DNA of 39,389 nucleotides. Origin: an uncultured Thiotrichaceae bacterium (GTDB lineage: Bacteria > Pseudomonadota > Gammaproteobacteria > SZUA-229). The stretch is taken from assembly GCA_964500555.1 (NCBI GenBank), contig CAZCOZ010000001.1, positions 13,708 to 53,096 on the forward strand, read 5' to 3'. A model generated the notes under the pieces. It was not told where the DNA came from. It ran no database searches and saw nothing but the letters and a program-made list of their open reading frames with translations. The translations under genes were made by a program, and so were the position numbers. This document shows, one piece after another, positions 15,065 through 23,774 of the stretch (position 1 is the first letter of the stretch; every line of letters begins with the position of its first letter).

Positions 15065-16705
15065 TTACTGAATGTTTTTTCTACCACCTGTAATACCCCT
15101 GTTTTCAGATATCTCAAATGCTTGCTTCAGTGTTTTTTTCAGCGTTTTCTTCAATGGCTGCAAGTATTTTTCATAGTAACCCCAATGCTCCATTGATGAG
15201 TGATGCTGCTCATTTTCAACTATCAGTCGACTCTCAGCAGACTTACTTTTGAAATCAGTACAACCTGACTGCCAATCAAGACCAATAAATTTAATTATTT
15301 CTTTACTGCTTATTGTCGTCTGGTTTGATATATCATCATATTCGACTGTATGAATATCTATTGGCAATACTTTTTTCCAATGTTCCATTAATCGTTCATA
15401 TTGCTGGTAATACAAACCAATGTCTTTTAAGTCACAGGCATAACCATGGTCGCCAGCAAAATCATGGAAGAAACAGGACAGTGAGACATCAAGCGGATTA
15501 CGACGACAATGTATAATATGTGCATTAGGAAATAACAATGCGATCAAACCAAGATAGATAAAGTTTGTTGGCATTTTATCGGTAATACGCTGTGGTCGAG
15601 TATGTGTATTATTCAGTGCTAAATTATTTATATCGTTCAAATAATAGCGCGCAAATCCAGCCAATGTTTCCGCCGAGTTATATTCAAAACTCATATACCG
15701 ATTATCTGTCTGTTCCATTGTCAGCTTTAATTTATTGGCAATGTTATTAATTAAATTCAGTTCGCCAGCTGCATAAATATCGGTATGATTATGCAACATT
15801 TGCTCAACCAATGTTGTTCCTGAACGTGGCATACCAATAATAAACACAGGCTGTTGTGATGGACATAATTCAAAATCATTAAATTTATGAAACAATTCCG
15901 GCGTAAAGGTATTGATCACTTTACTTATATATTCCACATGTTTTTCAGAATCGAAGTCCACTACCTTAGACATATTTGCCACTGCATAATTAGCAAAAGC
16001 CTCATCATATCGTTCTGATGCATCGTACATTGCACCTAGCGCAAAATAGAAACTACGGCGATCATCAAGTGGTAAATTTTTCTTTTTGAGCAAAGCCTCT
16101 ACCCTGTCGATATCTTCTTCCGTAATAGCTTCTCTATCTAATTGCACCAGCCCGTGAAAATTTCTTGCATCAGATGGATTAATCCTAAAAGCAAGATGAT
16201 AATGTGTAAGTGCCAGACTAATATCACCTGTTTGCAAATACAGCCTGGCAAGTTCACCATGAACATCGCCATTCATCGCATCTTGTTGTAATATTTCAGT
16301 GTATTTTTCTATCGCAGCAGTAAACTCAGCCATTCGCGAATAAACTAACGCTAAATTATTATTTAAGCTACTATTTTTAGGGGATTGCTCAAGCGCGAAG
16401 TTAAATAACTCCATTGCCAGTGATAACATTCCCGCATCCATCGCGATCATGCCGAGGCCATTCAGCGCAGATATATTATCTGGCTGTAGTTGTATGACCT
16501 GTTGATATAGACAATTTGCCTGGCGTAACTGTTTTGACTCATGATAGTTTCTAGCTTCAAGGATCAAACTAGAAATTTCATCATCACTTTCAACACTCTG
16601 ATGTACCGCTACGCTTTTTTTTCTTATTTCTTTATGCTGTTTGTTCTTCATGTGTTTTTTCATAGATATTATTTTTAAGGTTGCTTCCTGTAAAACTGTT
16701 TTCAA
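15065..16705 (-). CDS. TPR-repeat protein fused to a PAPS-dependent sulfotransferase domain
   Basis: The N-terminal ~250 aa are TPR-like repeats. The C-terminal half has the 5'-PSB loop FIIGMPRSGTTLVEQML (PRSGTT at aa 293-298) and a 3'-PB-like HCRRNPLDVSLS. The ORF-track start at 16705 is a TTG 3 nt after the flgL stop. Alternative ATG starts are at 16663 and 16651. Confidence 0.85.
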   Translation of the reverse strand: MKTVLQEATLKIISMKKHMKNKQHKEIRKKSVAVHQSVESDDEISSLILEARNYHESKQLRQANCLYQQVIQLQPDNISALNGLGMIAMDAGMLSLAMELFNFALEQSPKNSSLNNNLALVYSRMAEFTAAIEKYTEILQQDAMNGDVHGELARLYLQTGDISLALTHYHLAFRINPSDARNFHGLVQLDREAITEEDIDRVEALLKKKNLPLDDRRSFYFALGAMYDASERYDEAFANYAVANMSKVVDFDSEKHVEYISKVINTFTPELFHKFNDFELCPSQQPVFIIGMPRSGTTLVEQMLHNHTDIYAAGELNLINNIANKLKLTMEQTDNRYMSFEYNSAETLAGFARYYLNDINNLALNNTHTRPQRITDKMPTNFIYLGLIALLFPNAHIIHCRRNPLDVSLSCFFHDFAGDHGYACDLKDIGLYYQQYERLMEHWKKVLPIDIHTVEYDDISNQTTISSKEIIKFIGLDWQSGCTDFKSKSAESRLIVENEQHHSSMEHWGYYEKYLQPLKKTLKKTLKQAFEISENRGITGGRKNIQ

Positions 16706-16708
16706 TAA

Positions 16709-17611
16709 TTACAGATAATTAAATAATGATAAGCCTTGAATTTTCACAAATGTTTGCTGAGAAGCCTGTAATGCAAGCAATTGTTGCTCAAAATGGCTAA
16801 CCGCTTCTGCATAATCTAAGTCTTTCAGATTAGAACGGTTTTCCTGTAGTAAAACTGAAAAACTTTCATTAGCATTTTTCTGATTTTCAATTGTATTCAG
16901 CCGCGCACCAATCGATGCACGTGTATTTAATATATTATCGATAGCCGAATCTAAACGTGTCAGTGTTGTTCCCGACGGTGTATTCGCATCAAGGTCTGTC
17001 GAAAAATCATATAACATAGAGAACATATTATCGATACCACCGGCTCCATCATCCACTTTCATAAAGACTTCAACACCAGAATCCCCTACTGTTACATTTC
17101 TTCTTGCACCAATCTGTAAACTTCGTTGCCCCTGATCACCGGCATAAGTAAAATTACCCAGACCATCATCATTAAAAGGCTTTGTATCTGTTTGAAAGCC
17201 AGAAAATAAATATTCACCCAATGCATCTCTACTGTTCGCCAGTTGAATGAGAGAATCAATATTTGCTCGCACTTCAAACGCTATCGAGCGTCTATCACTC
17301 GCACTAAGTGAATCATTATTTGCCTGAACAGATAGCTCTCTCGAACGTTGTAGTAATTCGCCAATATCTGTCAATACGGTCTCTTCAAGTGCCAGTCGTG
17401 TCTCAGCAAAATCTGCATTACGTTGGTACTGTGCCGTTGTATCAATAATTTTATTGAGATTGAGCACACGTGTGGCAGCATCAGGGTCATCACTTGGTGA
17501 CAATAATCTTTCGCCCGTTGCTAACTGCTGTTGTGTTTTCGCAAGTTCCGATTGCTTTGACAGCATAGTGGTAACTGCCTGTTGAAATATTTGTGATGTA
17601 GAAATCCGCAT
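16709..17611 (-). CDS. flgL: Flagellar hook-filament junction protein FlgL (HAP3)
   Basis: 300 aa. Flagellin-like N-terminus MRISTSQIFQQAVTTMLSKQSELAKTQQQLATGERLLSPSDDPDAATRVL and C-terminus ..DLDYAEAVSHFEQQLLALQASQQTFVKIQGLSLFNYL. Follows flgK. Confidence 0.92.
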   Translation of the reverse strand: MRISTSQIFQQAVTTMLSKQSELAKTQQQLATGERLLSPSDDPDAATRVLNLNKIIDTTAQYQRNADFAETRLALEETVLTDIGELLQRSRELSVQANNDSLSASDRRSIAFEVRANIDSLIQLANSRDALGEYLFSGFQTDTKPFNDDGLGNFTYAGDQGQRSLQIGARRNVTVGDSGVEVFMKVDDGAGGIDNMFSMLYDFSTDLDANTPSGTTLTRLDSAIDNILNTRASIGARLNTIENQKNANESFSVLLQENRSNLKDLDYAEAVSHFEQQLLALQASQQTFVKIQGLSLFNYL

Positions 17612-17655
17612 ATTTATTTTCTCACTTTATCTTCAGGACCTATCATCTTCAGAAT

Positions 17656-19626
17656 TTATCTTCGAACCGCATTAAGCAAGGTATCAAACAAAGTATTGGC
17701 TACTGTAATCACCTGAGCCGCTGCCTGATATGCTTGCTGGAAGCGAATAAGATTGGCAGCTTCTTCATCAAGATTGACACCTGAAACTGAATCACGACTT
17801 GATATTGCTTTATCTAAAACGCCTTTTTGTGAAATCGCACTTAATTCTGCCTGTTTTGTATCAGAGCCAACATCGGCGACCATAACAATATAACTATCCG
17901 TAATACTGGCACTGCCACCAGCCATTAATTTGTTATCAGCCAAACCCGCCAACAGTAAAGCATTACGGTTATCGCCAACACCACCGGTGTTATATTCGGT
18001 ACTAAACTCATCACCCACTGCAGGTGCGCCTTTCAACTGCAAACCATAACCGTGGTCTAATCCACCCGGTGTTGGAAAAACATTGCCACCTGTTGCTGGG
18101 TTATAAGCTATACCCGCTTCTAATACAGTTGGGCTAAGCGGGTTGCTATTATCATAAAGGTCATAACTTGTCGGTGAGGTAAAACGCACTAACACCGGTG
18201 GTGATAATTGCCCTGCAGTTGCCTGAAACACACTGTTATTTATGTCGGTGACATTACCCGAACTAATTGCCCCAGTACCTGTATTTGTTATCGCAGTTAA
18301 ACTTCGTAACGGCGCTGCAGCAGCAATTTGACGATTATCGTTTAATGTCATTCTTATATCCGTTGCACCATCACGTGTCGGACGTATCAGGTAGGTATCA
18401 CCATTTGATGGCGCAGTGGCAATTTCAAAACGTAAACCTTCTGCAATAAATGGATCGACAACTGTTCCTGATCCCGTCATTGTTACAAGCTGATTAGTGT
18501 CGTTTTGCGTCAACTGCCATGCACCGGCATTAAAGCGTAATTTGTAATCTTTATTACTGAGTTGCGTTACATCATCAAATGCCACTGAAACATTCCCGGG
18601 TGTTCCTGATAATGTCAGCACCCGAGGTTTAGCCTCTTTAAAAAATTCAGCACCGAGCGCACTGTCTAAATCCATACCCTTCAATTGTTGCTCATTCATA
18701 AAATGGCTTAAACCAATTGCAACAAGACCTAAGCTATTGCTTGCGGGATCAAGCATGCGCTCACGAAAAGAAAGAAGCCCGCCAACACGTCCACCTGAAA
18801 TCTGTTCTGTGATAGGAACTAACACTCCACCATTCCCTTTGATAGCAATACCCAGTTGATTAGGATCATTGGCTTCGGTAAACACTTCCAGTGTTGTTGA
18901 GCGGTTACCAACAACTAAAACTTGTCCAGTACCAGACATCACATTAACCGCGCCAGCATCCTGTTGCACAGTGGTTATTGATACCAGCTCAGATAGGTTA
19001 CGAATAAGGACATCACGCTGATCAAGTAAATCATTGGCTGTCTGATTATTTGAACGCCCCTGCTCATTCACAATGGATTCGTTTAATTCAGCAATTGAAC
19101 GACTTAAACGATTTATCTCACTCACACTGCCGCGAACATCACTATTAAGCTGACCCCGTATGCCATCTAGCCAGGACGCCAGGTCATTAAAATTCCCAGA
19201 TAAATGCCGCGCTTCTTCAAGTAACACTTGACGAGATGCAATGGCAGATGGCGTATCAGCCACATCTTGTACTGCATTAAAAAAACTTTGCATTGAGGTT
19301 GCTATACCTGTGTCAGGATCTGCCAGCACATTATCTATTTGTGATGCCAGTGTATGAAAGACTTCAAATTCCTTTGCCGATGATGTCGCATTACGGAGGT
19401 TACCTACAATAAAAGCATCGTATGAACGTGTAATAGCAGTTGCTTGCACACCCGACCCAACAAAACCGTTATAATTGAATTGCGGATTGCGGGCGGATAA
19501 ATCGACATTTTGTTTACTGTATCCTTCGGTATTAACATTAGCGATATTATGCCCAATCGTATTGAGTGAACGTTGAAATACCTGCAACCCTGAACTGCCA
19601 ATTCTTAATAAATCATCACCAGCCAT
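17656..19626 (-). CDS. flgK: Flagellar hook-associated protein FlgK (HAP1)
   Basis: 656 aa. N-terminus GLQVFQRSLNTIGHNIANVNTEGYSKQ and C-terminus GVNLDEEAANLIRFQQAYQAAAQVITVANTLFDTLLNA. Confidence 0.95.
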   Translation of the reverse strand: MAGDDLLRIGSSGLQVFQRSLNTIGHNIANVNTEGYSKQNVDLSARNPQFNYNGFVGSGVQATAITRSYDAFIVGNLRNATSSAKEFEVFHTLASQIDNVLADPDTGIATSMQSFFNAVQDVADTPSAIASRQVLLEEARHLSGNFNDLASWLDGIRGQLNSDVRGSVSEINRLSRSIAELNESIVNEQGRSNNQTANDLLDQRDVLIRNLSELVSITTVQQDAGAVNVMSGTGQVLVVGNRSTTLEVFTEANDPNQLGIAIKGNGGVLVPITEQISGGRVGGLLSFRERMLDPASNSLGLVAIGLSHFMNEQQLKGMDLDSALGAEFFKEAKPRVLTLSGTPGNVSVAFDDVTQLSNKDYKLRFNAGAWQLTQNDTNQLVTMTGSGTVVDPFIAEGLRFEIATAPSNGDTYLIRPTRDGATDIRMTLNDNRQIAAAAPLRSLTAITNTGTGAISSGNVTDINNSVFQATAGQLSPPVLVRFTSPTSYDLYDNSNPLSPTVLEAGIAYNPATGGNVFPTPGGLDHGYGLQLKGAPAVGDEFSTEYNTGGVGDNRNALLLAGLADNKLMAGGSASITDSYIVMVADVGSDTKQAELSAISQKGVLDKAISSRDSVSGVNLDEEAANLIRFQQAYQAAAQVITVANTLFDTLLNAVRR

Positions 19627-19631
19627 TTTGT

Positions 19632-20132
19632 CTATTCCTGCCTGCCAGCTACTGTATTCAAATCAAATTGAATAACGGCACTTGAACGATTAATTTGATT
19701 ACGTATTAATTCAAGGTTATTGATTGCATGATTTGTATTAGTCTGCTGCTCAATAATATGTTGTTCAATAACAGGTTGCTCAATGCCCATATCTTTTTCC
19801 AACATCGCGGCAATACCTAAGCCACCACCCGTTTTATTACTGGCAAGATCCAGTGCTATTTGTTTATCAAACATTTCCTGATAAAAACGCGTTTGGTCGG
19901 ATTCAGCGGAATCACCTGCTATCGTGGCATCTCGCATGGATTTGAGCATCATTTGCAAAAACAGGGATTCAAACTGCTTTGCAACTTCCTTATTTGCTGC
20001 ACGTGATTCCGCTATCGATTCAGCTGTATTTTCATGATTAGAAACTTTACTACGAAGTTTTTGTAGCCCACTAAAATCGGTGTAAAGGCTGGCATCTGAA
20101 ATCTGGCTGATACTATTATTTACGCTATTCAT
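19632..20132 (-). CDS. flgJ: FlgJ, rod-binding domain only (no muramidase domain)
   Basis: 166 aa. It has the rod-binding motif AKQFESLFLQMMLKSMRDA...FYQEMFDKQIALDLA. The ORF ends 5 nt before the flgK start, so there is no space for a C-terminal glucosaminidase domain. Confidence 0.85.
   Translation of the reverse strand: MNSVNNSISQISDASLYTDFSGLQKLRSKVSNHENTAESIAESRAANKEVAKQFESLFLQMMLKSMRDATIAGDSAESDQTRFYQEMFDKQIALDLASNKTGGGLGIAAMLEKDMGIEQPVIEQHIIEQQTNTNHAINNLELIRNQINRSSAVIQFDLNTVAGRQE
19672..19698 (-). promoter_or_regulatory. Weak candidate sigma-28 promoter for flgK-flgL inside the 3' end of flgJ
   Basis: The minus strand reads TCAAATTA-N11-GCCGTTAT (5/8 and 6/8 to consensus). Internal class-3 flgK promoters are known in enterics, but this match is modest. 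Confidence 0.3.
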
Positions 20133-20133
20133 A

Positions 20134-21276
20134 TCAAATTACCAATAACTCAGCGTGTAGTGCACCAGCCATTTTTAACGCCTCAAGTATCGCGACTAAA
20201 TCACCTGGCGCAGCACCGACCTGATTAACCGCTCGCACAATGTCATTTAGATCGACACCGGGATCAAATAGAAACATACGATTATTTCCGTCTAAAGCGC
20301 CACCTAAAACATCTATCTGCGAGTCAGCAATAACTTCTGTATTACCGCCTTCTGAAAATGCATTAGGTTGACTAACCGCTTTATCTTCTCTGATGGTAAC
20401 AACAAGATTGCCGTGAGACACAGCCGCCGCCGAGACGCGCACAGCATTGCTAATAACAACCGTGCCCGTTCTTGAATTAATAATGACACGTGCAGAAGCA
20501 TTACCAGGTGCAAGCGTAATATTTTCAATCATTGAAACAAATGCAATTTTATTTTTTGTACTCTCTGGCGCCGTCACCTCAATCGAAATGGGATCAATCG
20601 CTTCTGCCGTACCTTCACCGAGTTCTTTATTAATGGCATCCGACATTCTGCTCGCAGTAGTAAAATCTGCGGTGAAAAGGTTCAGCGTTATTTTATTTTC
20701 GTAGCCTAATGAATTGTTGATCGTGCGTTCAACAATTGCACCTTTGGGTATACGGCCAACACTTGGAACATTAATGGTTATTTTAGAACCATCGCTACCT
20801 TGCACGCCCAAACCACCAACAACCAGATTACCCTGAGCAACGGCATACACTTTTCCGTCTGCACCTTTTAAAGGTGACATCAATAAAACGCCGCCACGCA
20901 AACTTTTCGCATTGCCTACTGATGAAGCGGTGATATCAATGGTTTGTCCTTTTTTAATAAACGGTGGAAGTGTTGCATGTAACATAACCGCAGCCACATT
21001 CTTTGGTTTTGGATTCACCCCTGGTGGTAACACTACGCCTAATTGAGTCAGCATGTTTTTTAAACTCTGTGCAGTATAAGCAACCTGACCAACGGAATCA
21101 CCGCTACCATCAAGACCAACCACAAGACCATAACCAATTAACTGGTTATCTCGCATCCCCTGAACTGAAGATAAATCTTTTATACGTTCTGCGTGTAACT
21201 GCGTCATTTGTGACAGCGCAATAAATATCACGAAGAAATATCTAGTAGCTGTACATTTATTAAATTTATAATTCAT
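20134..21276 (-). CDS. flgI: Flagellar P-ring protein FlgI
   Basis: 380 aa. A signal peptide is followed by [31 protein letters not shown]. The C-terminus is ..[31 protein letters not shown]. Confidence 0.97.
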   Translation of the reverse strand: MNYKFNKCTATRYFFVIFIALSQMTQLHAERIKDLSSVQGMRDNQLIGYGLVVGLDGSGDSVGQVAYTAQSLKNMLTQLGVVLPPGVNPKPKNVAAVMLHATLPPFIKKGQTIDITASSVGNAKSLRGGVLLMSPLKGADGKVYAVAQGNLVVGGLGVQGSDGSKITINVPSVGRIPKGAIVERTINNSLGYENKITLNLFTADFTTASRMSDAINKELGEGTAEAIDPISIEVTAPESTKNKIAFVSMIENITLAPGNASARVIINSRTGTVVISNAVRVSAAAVSHGNLVVTIREDKAVSQPNAFSEGGNTEVIADSQIDVLGGALDGNNRMFLFDPGVDLNDIVRAVNQVGAAPGDLVAILEALKMAGALHAELLVI

Positions 21277-21283
21277 TACCGTC

Positions 21284-21322
21284 TCTATTACTCTAGCCTC
21301 TATTGTTCTCGTTTCTATTATT
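21284..21322. repeat. Three 15-bp-spaced copies of TCTATT(A/G)(C/T)T (mRNA sense A(G/A)(T/C)AATAGA) just upstream of the flgI start
   Basis: The mRNA sense reads gtgAATAATAGAAACgagAACAATAGAGGCtagAGTAATAGAGACggtaATG. The same motif recurs in the flgF-flgG spacer. Confidence 0.8.
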
Positions 21323-21349
21323 CACTGACTGTCTTTTGCTATTGATAGT

Positions 21350-21375
21350 TAAAATGGCGTCCTAAAATGGCATCC
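21350..21375. repeat. 13-bp tandem duplication spanning the flgH stop codon
   Basis: TAAAATGGCGTCC (21350..21362, noncoding apart from its last base, 21362, which is the final base of the TAG stop) and TAAAATGGCATCC (21363..21375, the rest of the stop plus the end of flgH ..WMPF*). Confidence 0.85.
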
Positions 21376-22036
21376 ACGGGCTATTCAATATTTTTGTTAG
21401 CCAACCTTGCTTATTAGCATTATTTAGCGGGCCATCACCACTGTATTGTATTTCTGCATTTGCAATACGTTCAGATGAAATTGTATTGTCTGGCCGGATA
21501 TCACTTGGTCTAACAATCCCTCTCAGGCGTATATACTCTTCACCTTGATTAATGTTTATCCACTTCTCACCTTGTACGACTAAATTGCCATTTGCCTGCA
21601 CTGCAACTACAACTACAGTCACACTTCCCGTTAATGAATTGCTTTGCCCACTACCATTGCCACCTTTAAAGTCGTACGCAGACGCTATATCTGTCGCAAC
21701 TGTTTCACGTCCATTTGAAGTGACTGGCGCACCTAAAAAGGAAGCCGCAGAGATCGTCCCAGTTGTTTCTTTATTTGTTGTTGTATCAGATACTTTTTTT
21801 GCATCGGTTTTTTCTTCCAGAATAACCGTCAACATGTCACCAATACGCCTGGGTTTTAAATCTTCGTGCAATAACCAGGCAGAACCTAACTGATAGATAG
21901 AATCGGTATGCTGTATTGGTCCGCTATGTTGTATTGGCCTTGCTGGCGAAAATTCAACATCACCACGTTTCGGTGATGCACATGAAGCCAAACTCAATAC
22001 GAACAATATTAAAATTAAATGTTTTATATTTTTCAT
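21362..22036 (-). CDS. flgH: Flagellar L-ring lipoprotein FlgH
   Basis: 224 aa. Lipobox LSLASC. Conserved segments are RRIGDMLTVILEEKTDAKK and GEKWININQGEEYIRLRGIVRPSDI..NTISSERIANAEIQYSG. Confidence 0.95.
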   Translation of the reverse strand: MKNIKHLILILFVLSLASCASPKRGDVEFSPARPIQHSGPIQHTDSIYQLGSAWLLHEDLKPRRIGDMLTVILEEKTDAKKVSDTTTNKETTGTISAASFLGAPVTSNGRETVATDIASAYDFKGGNGSGQSNSLTGSVTVVVVAVQANGNLVVQGEKWININQGEEYIRLRGIVRPSDIRPDNTISSERIANAEIQYSGDGPLNNANKQGWLTKILNSPWMPF

Positions 22037-22105
22037 TACTGTTTTTATAATTTTTTATAGTGCATTACTTTTATAAACTATTACTTTTATAACGTAGCAC
22101 TATGT

Positions 22106-22891
22106 CTACATATTATTGGTTGCGTATTGCAACATTTGATCGGCAGTTGAAATTGCTTTCGAATTCATTTCGTAAGCACGTTGCGCTTCAATCATATTGA
22201 CCAATTCTTCAACCGTATTCACATTTGAACCTTCTAACGAAGACTGGATTAATGTTCCCAGCCCAGTTAATCCTGGAGTGCCTGTTTGTGCAGAACCACT
22301 GGCACCCGACTCAAGATAAAGATTATTTCCAACTGGCTGTAACCCGGTAGGATTAACAAAACCAGCTAACTGAACGCTACCTACCTGCGTGGGCGCTGAT
22401 GAACCTTGTGAAACAACTGAAACCACACCATCGGAACTGATAGAAACACTTAATGCATCCTCAGGAATAGTAATGTTCGGCTCAATGGGATAACCCAACG
22501 ATGTGACTAATTGACCTGTTGGATCTTTTTGTAATGCACCGTCACGCGTATAAGCAACTGAACCATCTGGCATTTGCACCTGTAAGAAGCCTCTGCCCTG
22601 AATCGCAACATCTAATGAATTACCCGTTTGTACAATACCGCCCTGAGTAAACAGTTTTTCTGTTGCAACAGTTCTTACACCTGTGCCAATATTTAATCCT
22701 GAAGGCGAAACGGTATCTTCAGATGACTGTGATCCAACTTGCACTACATTTTGATAAATCAAATCAGCAAACACGGCTCTGTCACGTTTAAAACCCGTGG
22801 TACTCGCATTGGCCAGATTATTTGAAATCGTTGCCATTCGTGTTTGTTGCGCTTCAAGTCCTGTTTTTGCTATCCACAAAGCTGAACTCAT
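22106..22891 (-). CDS. flgG: Flagellar distal rod protein FlgG
   Basis: 261 aa. N-terminus [38 protein letters not shown] and C-terminus [36 protein letters not shown]. Confidence 0.97.
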   Translation of the reverse strand: MSSALWIAKTGLEAQQTRMATISNNLANASTTGFKRDRAVFADLIYQNVVQVGSQSSEDTVSPSGLNIGTGVRTVATEKLFTQGGIVQTGNSLDVAIQGRGFLQVQMPDGSVAYTRDGALQKDPTGQLVTSLGYPIEPNITIPEDALSVSISSDGVVSVVSQGSSAPTQVGSVQLAGFVNPTGLQPVGNNLYLESGASGSAQTGTPGLTGLGTLIQSSLEGSNVNTVEELVNMIEAQRAYEMNSKAISTADQMLQYATNNM

Positions 22892-22920
22892 AATTATTTC
22901 TCCACTTAAATTTTTCTTTG

Positions 22921-22982
22921 TACTATTTACTTTCTATTATTTGGTTTCTATTATTTTTGTCTATTATTTTCGTTCTACTATT
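22921..22982. repeat. Four to five 13-14-bp-spaced copies of TCTATTATT (mRNA sense AAATAATAGAAA) in the flgF-flgG spacer
   Basis: The mRNA sense reads gAATAGTAGAAcgAAAATAATAGAcaAAAATAATAGAAaccAAATAATAGAAagtAAATAGTAc, followed by the RBS GTGGAGA and the flgG ATG. Confidence 0.8.
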
Positions 22983-22992
22983 CATTAAGCCA

Positions 22993-23733
22993 TTAACTTA
23001 GTCGCATCATGGCAGCAGCAGCTCGATCATTTTCATCTGCTGTTTCCATTACTTTGACATGCGTTTCATACTGACGAGCCAGTCGAATCATCTCCACCAG
23101 TGAGCGCGAGGTACTTACATTACTCGATTCCAGCGAACCAGAAACAAGTTGTACATTTGCATTTGCAGAAGCTTTTTTTCCTGCTGGCATATGCATCAAA
23201 CTATCAGCACCTTTTTCAAGTTCACCTTTTGCCGGGTTAACTAATTTAATACGGTCAATAACCGCCAACGCATTAATTTCCTGACCAAGTGGCTGAATCG
23301 ATATTGTTCCGTCCGACCCTATTTCCAAATTAGAATATGCTGGTAAAGAAATGGGACCACCATTGCCGAGAACAACATTACCTGCACCTGTAATTAGACG
23401 ACCCGCACTATCCAGTCGCAATTCGCCAGCCCGGGTATAAGCCTCACTACCATCAGCAGCCTGAACAGCCAACCAGCCCTGCCCATTGACAGCAACATCA
23501 AGGTCGCGCCCCGTTGTAATAATACTTCCCTGTGATATATCAGTTGCCGTACCATCTATAGCCGCATAAACACGAGAAGGATGAACCGGGCCATGAACCT
23601 GTTGACTTAACATCGTATGAAAATCAGCTTTAAAACCAATCGTGCTTGCATTAGCAAGGTTATTGGAATTTATCGCCTGCACCTTCATGGTGTCTCTTGC
23701 ACCATTCATGGCAATAAAAATCATACGATCCAT
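22993..23733 (-). CDS. flgF: Flagellar proximal rod protein FlgF
   Basis: 246 aa. N-terminus [37 protein letters not shown] and C-terminus LESSNVSTSRSLVEMIRLARQYETHVKVM. Confidence 0.93.
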   Translation of the reverse strand: MDRMIFIAMNGARDTMKVQAINSNNLANASTIGFKADFHTMLSQQVHGPVHPSRVYAAIDGTATDISQGSIITTGRDLDVAVNGQGWLAVQAADGSEAYTRAGELRLDSAGRLITGAGNVVLGNGGPISLPAYSNLEIGSDGTISIQPLGQEINALAVIDRIKLVNPAKGELEKGADSLMHMPAGKKASANANVQLVSGSLESSNVSTSRSLVEMIRLARQYETHVKVMETADENDRAAAAMMRLS

Positions 23734-23774
23734 ACAAATACCCTATTAATAATTATATTATTAAGAATTAAAAA

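Noticed and set aside
19632-20132. FlgJ as a truncated pseudogene
   Set aside because: The ORF is intact with its own start and stop and abuts flgK with a 5-nt gap. No degraded muramidase-coding remnant can fit, so this is a genuine single-domain FlgJ.
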